A DNA stretch of 64,000 bases from Nannocystis bainbridge (GTDB lineage: Bacteria > Myxococcota_A > Polyangia > Nannocystales > Nannocystaceae): assembly GCF_028368995.1 (NCBI RefSeq), contig NZ_JAQNDL010000003.1, forward strand, positions 2,176,001 to 2,240,000. Reading direction: 5' to 3'. A program made the position numbers and the translations under genes. The notes beneath the pieces are model-generated. The model saw nothing but the letters and a program-made list of their open reading frames with translations, made no database searches and had not been told where the DNA came from. Of this stretch, positions 47,975-57,244 are shown piece by piece (the stretch's first letter is position 1; the number at the start of each line of letters is the position of its first letter).

Positions 47975-48820
47975 ATGTCACGAGCAAGCCCATGGATCGT
48001 CGCCCTCGATCTCCGCGACCGCAGCCGCGGCGCCCTCGCGTTCGCTGGCTGGCTCGGCGGCGCCGGCGAATCGGTGATCGGCGCCCACGTGCTCGAGCCA
48101 TGGAGCCGGCCTCACGTGCGCAGCGAGGTCGAGGCCGACCTCGGCCGCGCCGTCGCCCGCGCGACGCATGCGCTCGGCTGCCCTCCGCCCGCGCAGATCG
48201 TCACGGAAGAGGCCGAGACCGCCGAGGCCGGGCTGGCGCGACTCGCCGTCGGCGCCGCCGGCCTCGTCGTCGGTCGCGTCGCCAGCGATCCGCGCCGCGC
48301 CCTGTCGCGCCTCGGCCCGGTCGCGCGCCGGCTGCTGCGTCAGCTGCCCGCGCCGACCGTCGTCGTCCCGCCGACGCTGGTCGCCGTCGCGGCCGGACCG
48401 ATCCTCCTCGCCACCGACTTCGAGCCCGCCAGCGACGAGGCCGCCGTGTTCGCCCGGGGCCTCGCCAGCCGCCTCGGCCGCGCGCTCGAGCTCGTCCATG
48501 TCGGCGAGGATTTTTACGAGGAGGACGACGAGGTCCGCGACCCCGTGTGGCTGCGGGCGCGCGACGCCTACCGCGCCGAGGTCGCGCTGGACAGCGAGCG
48601 CTGGGCCGCCGCGCACGGCCTCGCCGCCACGCCGAGGCACCTGCGCTTCGGCGACGCGGTGCTCGAGCTGGCCGACCTCGCCGAGGCCCGCGACGCCGCC
48701 CTCGTGGTCGTCGGCTCGCGCCGCCTCGGCCTCCCGGCCCGCTTCTTCCTCAGCAGCACCGCCTCCGCCCTGGCCGGCCTGGCCGCCTGCCCGGTCGCCG
48801 TGGTCCCGCCGCGCGACTGA
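47975..48820 (+). CDS. Universal stress protein (tandem USP domains)
   Basis: IVALDL..., ILLATDF, LVVVGSRR, ACPVAVVPP. Confidence 0.88.
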   Translation: MSRASPWIVALDLRDRSRGALAFAGWLGGAGESVIGAHVLEPWSRPHVRSEVEADLGRAVARATHALGCPPPAQIVTEEAETAEAGLARLAVGAAGLVVGRVASDPRRALSRLGPVARRLLRQLPAPTVVVPPTLVAVAAGPILLATDFEPASDEAAVFARGLASRLGRALELVHVGEDFYEEDDEVRDPVWLRARDAYRAEVALDSERWAAAHGLAATPRHLRFGDAVLELADLAEARDAALVVVGSRRLGLPARFFLSSTASALAGLAACPVAVVPPRD

Positions 48821-48831
48821 CTCATATAAAC

Positions 48832-48929
48832 TGTCTCTCGAGGCATGTCCTCGAGGACATTCTCCTATGAGCATGTCTCGAAGGGCATTTCCTAAAGAAC
48901 ATGTCTTTTGCGACATGTACTCAGGACGC
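48832..48929. repeat. Tandem array of 6-7 TGTCC-N4-GGACA-type units, 14-bp period
   Basis: Units at 48832, 48846 (perfect), 48860, 48874, 48888, 48902 and 48916, between convergent genes. Confidence 0.85.
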
Positions 48930-50504
48930 CAGCCCCGGCGGATCGCGCAGCGCCGCGGCCAGGTCGCGGCCGAGGCTCGCGGCCGCGTGCGCCGGCCCGG
49001 CCGCGAACACGTGGCGGTCGGGCCGGACGATCGCCAGCGCGGCCCGGTGCTGACGGAACCACGACGCCAGCCGGTCGTCCGCGTCGGCCATCTCGATCAG
49101 CCCCGGCTCGCCCGTCCCCGGGCCCACGAGGATGAACCGCGGGTTCACCCCATCTAAAAAGCCTTCGCGATTGACCGTGCGTGGATCGGCCGCGAGCCCG
49201 ACCACCGCGAAGCCCGGCCCCAGCAATTCATCCGACCGCCCCGCCGCGCCCCGAACCTGCGGAAAATAGGTCCCCTCGGCGCCGCCACGCGGGCGCTTGC
49301 CGCCGGCGATGAAGCCTGCGCGGTGCAGCGGCGGCGGCTTGAACTCGAAGTCACAGATGAACCGGCGCACCCGATCGATCTGCTGCAGCGCACGGAACAT
49401 CGCGTCGCGCGCGGACGCCAACCACGGCGCGCGCGTCAGGAACACGTGGCCCATGCGCACGCTGGCGGCGATCATCGCCTGCGTGTGCGCCCGCCGCTCG
49501 ACCTCGTAGGTCGCCAGCAGCCGGGCATCCGCCGTGCCGGCCAGCACCGCGGCCAGCTTCCACGCCAGGTTGGCCACGTCGCGCAGGCCCGACACCAGCC
49601 CCTGGCCCATGAACGGCGGCATCTGGTGGGCCGCGTCGCCGACGAGGAACACCCGCCCCACCTGCCAGCGCTCGGCCACGTGCTTGCCGAACCCGTAGAT
49701 CGTGGCGCGCGTGATGCGATAGCGATCGGGGTCGACGAACGGGGCCACCAATGTTCGTACCACCTCGGGTCGCTCGAGTGTCGCCGCCGTCTCGCCGCGG
49801 TGGATCATGCGTTCGATGCGGAGCTCGCCGGCCGGTCCTAGCGCGACGAAGGTCGGCCGCGCCGGGTCGCACACGAAGCGGGTGCTCGGCACCCGCAGCG
49901 CCGCCGGCTCCGCGTAGCCCGAGATCGCCAGCCACGGCTCCGCGTAGCGCGACCCTGGCATCGCCACGCCCAGCGACCGGCGCACCGTGCTGCGCGCCCC
50001 GTCGCAGCCGAGCACGTAGCGGGCCGTCAGCGTCGCCGGACCCGACGCGCCACGCAGCGCCAGCGTCACCGCCTCGGCGCCCGCTCGCAGCCCCGTCACC
50101 TCGCAGCCGCGGCGCAGCGTCACCCACGGGAACCGACGCATGCCCGCGCGCAGCGTCGCCTCGAGCGCCGGCTGATGAAAGAAGTGTAGCGGGCTGTAGC
50201 CCGAGCCGAAATCGAGGCGAGCCAGCCACACCTGCGCGAACGGCCGCCCGGCCACCCCCGTGTAATCGACCTGGTCCACCGCGATCATGTCCGCCAGCAG
50301 CCGATCGACGAGCCCGATCTGCTGGAAGATCCGCAGCGCCTCGTCGTCGCAGCTGAACGCCCGCGACTGGCCGTGATCGTCCGTATCGCGCTCCAGCACC
50401 ACGCAGCGCAGCCCCGCCTGGCCCAGGAAATTGGCCGCCACCGCCCCCACGGGCCCGCAGCCGACGATGGCGACGTCACACTCGTCGGCGTGGGGCGAGG
50501 GCAT
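48921..50504 (-). CDS. FAD-dependent monooxygenase, MhpA (3-(3-hydroxyphenyl)propionate hydroxylase)-like
   Basis: VAIVGCGPVG, GCDGARSTVR, GDAAHQMPPFMGQG, NLAWKL, IVRPDRHV. Confidence 0.9.
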   Translation of the reverse strand: MPSPHADECDVAIVGCGPVGAVAANFLGQAGLRCVVLERDTDDHGQSRAFSCDDEALRIFQQIGLVDRLLADMIAVDQVDYTGVAGRPFAQVWLARLDFGSGYSPLHFFHQPALEATLRAGMRRFPWVTLRRGCEVTGLRAGAEAVTLALRGASGPATLTARYVLGCDGARSTVRRSLGVAMPGSRYAEPWLAISGYAEPAALRVPSTRFVCDPARPTFVALGPAGELRIERMIHRGETAATLERPEVVRTLVAPFVDPDRYRITRATIYGFGKHVAERWQVGRVFLVGDAAHQMPPFMGQGLVSGLRDVANLAWKLAAVLAGTADARLLATYEVERRAHTQAMIAASVRMGHVFLTRAPWLASARDAMFRALQQIDRVRRFICDFEFKPPPLHRAGFIAGGKRPRGGAEGTYFPQVRGAAGRSDELLGPGFAVVGLAADPRTVNREGFLDGVNPRFILVGPGTGEPGLIEMADADDRLASWFRQHRAALAIVRPDRHVFAAGPAHAAASLGRDLAAALRDPPGLAS

Positions 50505-50684
50505 GGCGCGAGGGCCCGCATCATCGCCGAGGATCTTGCGTGCGTCGAGGTGGCGCCCGACTGCCATGATTCATCCCTGCCACGAATCACTCGAGATCGA
50601 TCGTCGTTGAACGATCGTCAACAGCGCGCTTTCGCCCGGCGGGCGCGCGGTGACACTTCTCGGCCGGCGCGGTGTTGCACCGCC

Positions 50685-51410
50685 ATGCCGCTCCGCGCCC
50701 GCTGCACTCGCCTCGCCGCCCTGCTCGTCCTCCCGTCCGCGCTCCTCGCCGGCGGCTGCATCCCGCTGGTCGGCGACGGCGACCTCGAGGTCCGCGAGCG
50801 CGAGGTCTCGGGCTTCGACGCGGTCGTCAACGACACCGCGCTCGACGTCGAGGTCACTCTCGGCGCGGCCGAGAGCGTGCGCGTGATGTGCGACGCCAAC
50901 CTGCTCGATCGCGTCGAGACCGCCGTCCGGGACGGCGTCCTGCACATCGGCCGCGCCGGCCTGCTGCCGCTGCGACCGCGCGCCGGCTGCCGCGTCGAGG
51001 TCGACGCCGAGCACCTGCGCGCGCTGCGAAACAGCGGCTCCGGCGACCTGCGGACCATCGGCGTCGCCACCGAGCTGGTCGACATCCGCCAGAAGGGCTC
51101 GGGCTCGATCACCGTCGACGAACTGCAGGTCGCGCACCTCGAGGTCCGCGCGACCGGCTCCGGCAGCGTCGACCTCGCCGGCGAGAGCGACGACGTCGCC
51201 TACATCAACACCGGCTCCGGCACGATCCACGCCCGCGAGCTGACGGCCGCCACGGCCCTGGCCCGCAGCACCGGCTCGGGCGGGCTCGATCTCCACGCCA
51301 GCGAGCTCGTCGACGCCGAGCTGCTCGGCTCCGGCGACATTCACGTGTGGGGCTCGCCCGCCGATCGCCACGCCCGCACCACCGGCTCGGGCGCGGTCGT
51401 GTTCCACTGA
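50685..51410 (+). CDS. DUF2807 / head GIN domain lipoprotein
   Basis: Lipobox AGGC; repeated (S/T)GSG beta-helix turns. Confidence 0.88.
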   Translation: MPLRARCTRLAALLVLPSALLAGGCIPLVGDGDLEVREREVSGFDAVVNDTALDVEVTLGAAESVRVMCDANLLDRVETAVRDGVLHIGRAGLLPLRPRAGCRVEVDAEHLRALRNSGSGDLRTIGVATELVDIRQKGSGSITVDELQVAHLEVRATGSGSVDLAGESDDVAYINTGSGTIHARELTAATALARSTGSGGLDLHASELVDAELLGSGDIHVWGSPADRHARTTGSGAVVFH

Positions 51411-52085
51411 TCAGAGGTTCCGCGGGTTCTTGTCGTCGACGTGTTGGCGGATCTCCCGCATCCACGCGTCGAAGTCCGCGTCGCCCAGCGTGTGCCCCGG
51501 CTGGACCCGCGCCCACTCGCGCCGCAGCGCCTCCTTCGCCACGCGCAGGCGCCCGGCCACCGTCTCGCGCGACTTCAGCTTCAGCACGTCCTGGATCTCC
51601 GGCTCGGTGAGGTCGTTCCAGTAACGCAGCTCGAGCACCGTCTGGGCGTTGATCGTCAGCCGGCGCAGACACTCGAACAGCATGCGCGCCTGCTCGTTGG
51701 CGAACACGAACGAGGACATCGCGGGCAGGCCGGTGTCGACGACGGCGTGGATCTCCGGGTCGAACGAATCGAAGTCGCGCCGCCGACGCTCCTGAAGGTG
51801 GCGACAGAGGACGCGATAGGCGATCGCAAACAGGTACCCGCGGAAGCTGCACTCGCCGCGGAAGTTGTCCCGCGACTTGACGCACTCGAGGAAGGTCCGG
51901 TTGGTCAGGTCCTGGTAGTGCGACTCGTCCTTGCTGAGGAAGAACCGCCGCAGCCGCGCGTAGTGGCGCTTCAGCAGGAGGTTGCCGGCGCGGGCATCAC
52001 CCGCGCACCAGCGGTCGAACAGGGGGCGGTCGTCGTCTGCCACGGGGGTTCGGGTCTCGGAGGTCGTCGTCGTCGTCGTGAGCAT
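51411..52085 (-). CDS. ECF sigma-70 factor (kinase-associated type)
   Basis: WCAGDARAG, region 2 QDLTNRTFL...SFRGYLFAIA, region 4 LELRYWNDLTEPEI. Confidence 0.88.
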   Translation of the reverse strand: MLTTTTTTSETRTPVADDDRPLFDRWCAGDARAGNLLLKRHYARLRRFFLSKDESHYQDLTNRTFLECVKSRDNFRGECSFRGYLFAIAYRVLCRHLQERRRRDFDSFDPEIHAVVDTGLPAMSSFVFANEQARMLFECLRRLTINAQTVLELRYWNDLTEPEIQDVLKLKSRETVAGRLRVAKEALRREWARVQPGHTLGDADFDAWMREIRQHVDDKNPRNL

Positions 52086-52183
52086 CGCGCAGGGCTCCTG
52101 GACGGCGCGAAGGCCGTCCAGAAGCGTGGTGCGCCGACCGGGGGCGGACGATCACCTCCGGTCGTGATTTTTTTCGCCGCGGT

Positions 52184-52543
52184 CTACACCCCGAAGGCGG
52201 CCCGCCGGACCGGGTCGGGCTTGGTCGCCTCCTTCTTGGTGCTGACCCGGATCGTCGCCGCGGTGCCGGTGGTCTCGGCGATCAGCACGAAGGTCGTCTC
52301 GGTCTCGCGGTCGGGCAGCAAGAACGACAGGTACTGGCTGGTGTTGGAGGTCGACCAGGTCGGCGACTCGAGCCGCAGGGTGTGCCCGGCCGGATGCTGC
52401 GCGTACACGTAGGTCCCGCAGGCGACCTCGAGCTGGTTCACCGCGCTGCCGAACGTCAGCGCGGCCTGGTCTTCGTTCAAGTCGGGGTTGCCGGGGGCAG
52501 TGAAGATCACGTTCAAGGTGGTCGGTGTCGTGTGCATGGGCAT
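52184..52543 (-). CDS. Small hypothetical protein between kinase and sigma factor (candidate caspase inhibitor/substrate)
   Basis: 119-aa ORF, RBS-like AAGGA near the start, GC-biased codons; role inferred from position. Confidence 0.6.
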   Translation of the reverse strand: MPMHTTPTTLNVIFTAPGNPDLNEDQAALTFGSAVNQLEVACGTYVYAQHPAGHTLRLESPTWSTSNTSQYLSFLLPDRETETTFVLIAETTGTAATIRVSTKKEATKPDPVRRAAFGV

Positions 52544-52656
52544 CCTTGCGCACGAGGCCCGTCGTCGATGGTTTTGACGGTGGCCTCGAGGGTTTTCGGT
52601 GGGAGATGGGCTCTGCGACTCGGTAGTGCCGACGGGCGAGCGATCCGGTCACGCGC

Positions 52657-55398
52657 TCACGAACATTCTCGCCGGATGGCCGCGGCGGCCTGCCGCAGCT
52701 CGGCGATGCCCCGGTCATACGCGTGGACCGCGGCGATGTCACCCGCGAGCCCGTCGAGCTCTTCGGCGTAAGCCTGGCGGTCAGGGCAGGCCGCGTTCGC
52801 CATGTCCACGCCGCGATCCAGCATCAATCGCACTGCGGCGTCCGGGCGGCCACCCTCGAGCGCAGCACCGGCCGCGTTGTGGAGGTTCTGCGAATAGACC
52901 CAGCCGCGAGCGCCGGCTGCCTCGAGCACCGCCGCGCTCTCGAGAAAGTGCGCCTCGGCCGTCTCGTGCTGCTTGCGGCGTGACGCGACCAATCCCCGCA
53001 ACGCCCACATGTCCGCGGTCTCGCGCGGATCGACCTCCGACAGGTGTTTCATCCCCTCGAACACCTCGCGCAGCGCCTCATCGGCGCAGTCGATGCACTC
53101 CGCCCAGACCGCGAAGCTGGCGTACGTCCGGCTGCGGCGGTGAGCGGCGCGCAGATCCCAGTCGCCCTGGCGATAGCGGTCGCGCACACGCTCGAGCTCG
53201 CCGACGCATTCTTCCAGCCCGCGCGGATCTCTGGCGACGAAATCCAGCATGTACTCGCATTCCATCTCGGCCAGCCCGGCCCTGCTCTCGACCGTTTGCG
53301 GGTGATCCTCTCCGAGCGCGGCCTGGCGGATCTGCACCGCACGCAGGTAGTGCTCGCGGGCCTCGTCGAACTGAGCGCCGCGCTCGCGACCGCTCAGCGT
53401 CCGCGAGAGGTTGGCGAGACTGAGGCCGAGGTTGTGGTGCGACTTGGAGGTAGTGGGATGCTCCGCGCCGAAGAGGGCCTCGCGCTGAGCGAGCCCCTCG
53501 AGGTGCTGCGCCGCCGCCTTCGCGTGCTCGCCCTGGCCATCGAGCCGCAGTCCCTCGGCCTCCGCGAACTCGGCCTCGAAGCGGCGGCGGATCGGCGAAT
53601 CGGTCGGCAGTGCCGTCATCGTCGAGCGGATCCACGGGGCCTGCAGCGCCGCCTCGCCGTGCTCGCCGAGATCGAAGGCGAGGCTCTTGAGCCGGAGGGT
53701 CGAAGCGCGCGCGAAGGTGTCGTAGTCACCGGCCTCCACGGCCAGCAGCGCCCCCGCCTGTAGCCGGTCGAGCGCTTCCCGCGACGACCTCGCGGACGCG
53801 TCGAGCCAGCCCGTCAGGTAGACGGCTCGCGCGTGCGCGGCCTTGTATGGGCTGCTGGCGTCGAGCGCCACCCCGGTCCGCGCGCCCGCCCCCGCGTAGT
53901 CTCCGGCGACGATCCGCAGCTCGAGGCGGTCGAGGTAGTCGCGCAACCAGTCCGGCGTGCCCGTCAACGACGAAGCCTCCGGCCGCTCGCACGCCGCCGG
54001 CAAATCGAGGCCGCCGAGCACGTCGAGCATGCGCGTGACGCTCTCGCGGTCGGGTTTGGCGTACAGCGCGACCACCCCCGCGAATCGCTCGAGCTGGCGC
54101 GAGAGACATGCCTCTCGGGCCTCGTTCGGTATGGTGCAGAGCCCCGCGCGAGCCTTGGTCCAGGCCTCGCCGTAGCGGTCGGCGAAGCCCTGCAGCGATT
54201 CGCTGGCCCTGGCTCCGAACGGCAGCTCGAGGCCGGTGATGGCGGTGTCGACCTCGGCCCGCCTCGCCTCGTCCCACACCGCCGCGAATTGCTCGCGCCC
54301 CTGCGACACGCACCGCTCCTGCGTCGCGGCCTGGGCCACCCACGTGAACCCGAGGACCGCCGCCGCCGCCGCTGCGCTGGCCACGATCGCCAGCGTCCGC
54401 CGCGGACGAGCCGTGAGCGCCGCCAGCAGGGCCGCCATGTCGGGGAACCGCGCCGCCGGGTCGTCCGCCAGCCCGCGCTGCAGCGCCCGCACCAGCGGCG
54501 CCCGCACCTTGCCGCGGATCGCCAGAGCGTTCACGCCGGCGCGCGGCATGCGACCGAACAGCGCCAGGTGCAGCGCCACACAAAAGCTGTACTGATCGCT
54601 GCGGGCCGTCGCGCGCCCGCGGGCGCACTCCGGGGCGATGTATCCCTCGGTCCCGAGGCGATGCTCCGCGTCGGTGAGCGGCGCGCGGGCCTCCGACGCG
54701 CCTGTCTCCGGCTCGGTCTCGCTGGCATTGCTGACCGGCTCCACGGTGATGAGCGCGAGGCCGAAGTCGCCGAGGACCGCGCCGAAGTAGCTGTCGATGA
54801 ACACGTTCTCGGCCTTGAAGTCGCGGTGCACGATCCCCGCCTGGTGGGCCGCATGCAGCCCGCGCCCGGCCGCCACGAACTTCTCGACGATCTCCTGCCA
54901 GCGCCGAGGACGTGCGAGCCACTTGTGCAACGAATCGCCGGGCTTGATCTCCATCACCAGGTACGCCGCGCCCTCGAACATCCCGGCGTCGTGCACGCGG
55001 ACCACGTTCGGGTGCTCGAGTCGGGCCAGCGCCTGCGCCTCGCGCATCAATCGCTCGTTCTGCGTCCGACTGCGGAGCTCGGGGCCGAGGCGGATCAGCT
55101 TGAGCGCCACCTTGCGATTGAGCCTCGGATCGTACACCGCATAAACATCGGCCTGTCCGCCGGTGCCGAGCTGGTGAAGCACCGTGAATGGACCGATCTT
55201 CATGCCCGGCTCCAACGAACTCGGCGCGCCCATTGGCCTCTGCTCCCGTATTCCCTCCGGTTCGGGCTCGAGCGGCTGCTCCGGCTGGCTCACAGCGTCA
55301 TCCGCGAGACGCAGTATCCGTAATGTCTCCGCGAGCTCCGCCTCGATATGCGGCGGGGCCGGGGGCTCGTCGGCGGAGTCGTCGGACATGGCTGCCAT
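52657..55398 (-). CDS. Ser/Thr protein kinase with TM segment and C-terminal TPRs
   Basis: LGTGGQADVY, VALKLI, HRDFKAEN, DFGLA, GTEGYIAPE; TPR motifs FGAEHPTT and LGEDHPQT. Confidence 0.93.
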   Translation of the reverse strand: MAAMSDDSADEPPAPPHIEAELAETLRILRLADDAVSQPEQPLEPEPEGIREQRPMGAPSSLEPGMKIGPFTVLHQLGTGGQADVYAVYDPRLNRKVALKLIRLGPELRSRTQNERLMREAQALARLEHPNVVRVHDAGMFEGAAYLVMEIKPGDSLHKWLARPRRWQEIVEKFVAAGRGLHAAHQAGIVHRDFKAENVFIDSYFGAVLGDFGLALITVEPVSNASETEPETGASEARAPLTDAEHRLGTEGYIAPECARGRATARSDQYSFCVALHLALFGRMPRAGVNALAIRGKVRAPLVRALQRGLADDPAARFPDMAALLAALTARPRRTLAIVASAAAAAAVLGFTWVAQAATQERCVSQGREQFAAVWDEARRAEVDTAITGLELPFGARASESLQGFADRYGEAWTKARAGLCTIPNEAREACLSRQLERFAGVVALYAKPDRESVTRMLDVLGGLDLPAACERPEASSLTGTPDWLRDYLDRLELRIVAGDYAGAGARTGVALDASSPYKAAHARAVYLTGWLDASARSSREALDRLQAGALLAVEAGDYDTFARASTLRLKSLAFDLGEHGEAALQAPWIRSTMTALPTDSPIRRRFEAEFAEAEGLRLDGQGEHAKAAAQHLEGLAQREALFGAEHPTTSKSHHNLGLSLANLSRTLSGRERGAQFDEAREHYLRAVQIRQAALGEDHPQTVESRAGLAEMECEYMLDFVARDPRGLEECVGELERVRDRYRQGDWDLRAAHRRSRTYASFAVWAECIDCADEALREVFEGMKHLSEVDPRETADMWALRGLVASRRKQHETAEAHFLESAAVLEAAGARGWVYSQNLHNAAGAALEGGRPDAAVRLMLDRGVDMANAACPDRQAYAEELDGLAGDIAAVHAYDRGIAELRQAAAAIRRECS

Positions 55399-55489
55399 CG
55401 TAGTGACCTGGACCCGGCCGATCGATCACTCCCAGGCGCCGAGAGGGAAAGCTCGCCGGTCGGCCGGCCGCTCATGGTACCATGGCCTC

Positions 55490-57244
55490 GTGCTGGCACT
55501 CCTGATCGGCGCCCCGACCCGGGGGCTCGAGGGCGTGGATGTCGACCTCGCCGACATGGCCGCCCTCGTGCGCGCTCGCGGGGGCGAGCCCGTCGTCCTG
55601 CCGCGCGCCACCTTGCCGGCGGTGCGCCAGGCCCTCGCCGACCTCCTCGGCCGCTGCGGCCGCGACGACGCCGTCCTCCTCTATCTCACCGGCCACGGCA
55701 GCGCGATCCTCAACACCGAACACGACAGCCGCGCCCTCACCCCTGCGCCCGAACGCCTGACCTACTTCGCCACCGTCGCCACCGACGGCGAAGACGCCTG
55801 TCTCTTCGACCTCGAGCTCTCGCTGTGGTGCGCCCGCCTGGCCGGCAAGACCCGCAACGTCACGGCGATCCTCGATTGTTGCCACTCGGGCACGCTCGTC
55901 CGCGGCGACCACGACAGCGTCGACGACACCGCCGCCCCCATGGCCGCCTTCCTCGCCTGGCGGGCCGCCCATCAAGACGAGATCGACGCCCTCGACGTCG
56001 AGGCTCACCCCGACGTCGTCCGCCTCGCGGCCGGCGGCATCAACGGCCGCGGCATCGCCCACGCGCACGGTAGCGCCCTCACCCGGGCCTTGCTCGCCGA
56101 GCTGCCCGCCGCCCGCGACGCCTCGTGGGTCGCCCTGTTCGCCGGCATCGAAATGCACCTAGCCCAGGCCGGCCTCCGGCAGCACCCGCGCCTGTCCGGC
56201 CCGGTCCGCCGCCGCCCCTTCGACCTCACCGAGGCCCTGCCGCCCGGCGCCGTCCCGGTGCGACGCGAGCACGGCCGGATCGTCCTCGCCGCCGGCCAGC
56301 AGCACGGCGTGCGCCGCGGCGACCTGTTCCTCCTCGACAGCGACCCGACCCGCGTGCACCACGTCGACGACCTCGCGCCGACCCATGCCGTGCTCCACCC
56401 GCGGGACATCGACATGTCCCTCGGGACATCCTCCCACGACCTGTCCTTCAGGACATCATCAACCGCCGCGCCCGACATGTCTCTCGGGCCAGCCTCCTTC
56501 GCCGTGCCGCTGCACCTCTACGGCCACGGCGGCATCGCCCTCGTGGGCCCACGCGAGCACACCGAGCCCCTGTCGCGCGCCCTCCGCTCCGCCGGTTGGT
56601 CCGTCGACCCGCGTGACCGCTCCGCCCCCCTCGCCACCCTCGAGTGCAGCGAGAGCGCGATCGTCGTCCATACCGACGAAGCTCGCCTCGTCGCCGACGA
56701 CCTCCCCGGCTGCTTCGCCATTCTTCAGCGGCTGGCCCGCAGCGCGCGCCTGCAGCACCTCGGCGCCGGCAGTCTCCGCTCGCTCGGGGTCCGGGCCAGC
56801 TGGGGCCGCGTCCGCGCCGGCGTGCTCGAGGCCCTCCCGCCGCGTGAAGCCGAGCTCGCCGACGACACCCCCGTGTTCGTGCGCCTCGAGAACACCGCCG
56901 CCGGTCGCCGCTTCGTCAGCGTGTTCTGGCTCGCCGACGACGGTCACGCCGCCCTGCTGTCACGCTCGCAGTCGATGGGCATCGAGCTCCCGCCGCGCAC
57001 CACCCACCTCCTCGGCGCTCGCCCCTTCGCTCGCGCCGCCCGCGGCGTCCTCCTGCCGCGTCGCCCGCTCGCCCCCGGGGAGCGCCGCCACGAGCGCCTC
57101 GTCATCGTCGCCAGCGAGCACCGCCAGGAGCTGTGGAGCTTCGAATCGTCTGACCCCGCTGGCACCTCGTACCGCACCGCACCCGGCGTCCACGTCGAGG
57201 TCTTCGCATTCACCGCCCGCGCCGCCGCAACGCCCCCGTCATGA
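55490..57244 (+). CDS. Caspase-family (peptidase C14) protease, PCaspase-like
   Basis: ALLIG, YLTGHG (catalytic His), ILDCCHSG (catalytic Cys), QHPRLSG, long C-terminal extension; GTG 55490. Confidence 0.88.
   Translation: MLALLIGAPTRGLEGVDVDLADMAALVRARGGEPVVLPRATLPAVRQALADLLGRCGRDDAVLLYLTGHGSAILNTEHDSRALTPAPERLTYFATVATDGEDACLFDLELSLWCARLAGKTRNVTAILDCCHSGTLVRGDHDSVDDTAAPMAAFLAWRAAHQDEIDALDVEAHPDVVRLAAGGINGRGIAHAHGSALTRALLAELPAARDASWVALFAGIEMHLAQAGLRQHPRLSGPVRRRPFDLTEALPPGAVPVRREHGRIVLAAGQQHGVRRGDLFLLDSDPTRVHHVDDLAPTHAVLHPRDIDMSLGTSSHDLSFRTSSTAAPDMSLGPASFAVPLHLYGHGGIALVGPREHTEPLSRALRSAGWSVDPRDRSAPLATLECSESAIVVHTDEARLVADDLPGCFAILQRLARSARLQHLGAGSLRSLGVRASWGRVRAGVLEALPPREAELADDTPVFVRLENTAAGRRFVSVFWLADDGHAALLSRSQSMGIELPPRTTHLLGARPFARAARGVLLPRRPLAPGERRHERLVIVASEHRQELWSFESSDPAGTSYRTAPGVHVEVFAFTARAAATPPS

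Noticed and set aside
48832-48929. Palindrome as parS, or junction RGRCATGYCY as a p53-type site
   Set aside because: It differs from the parS consensus TGTTTCACGTGAAACA in length and arms; the p53 resemblance is a by-product of head-to-tail units in a bacterial genome.
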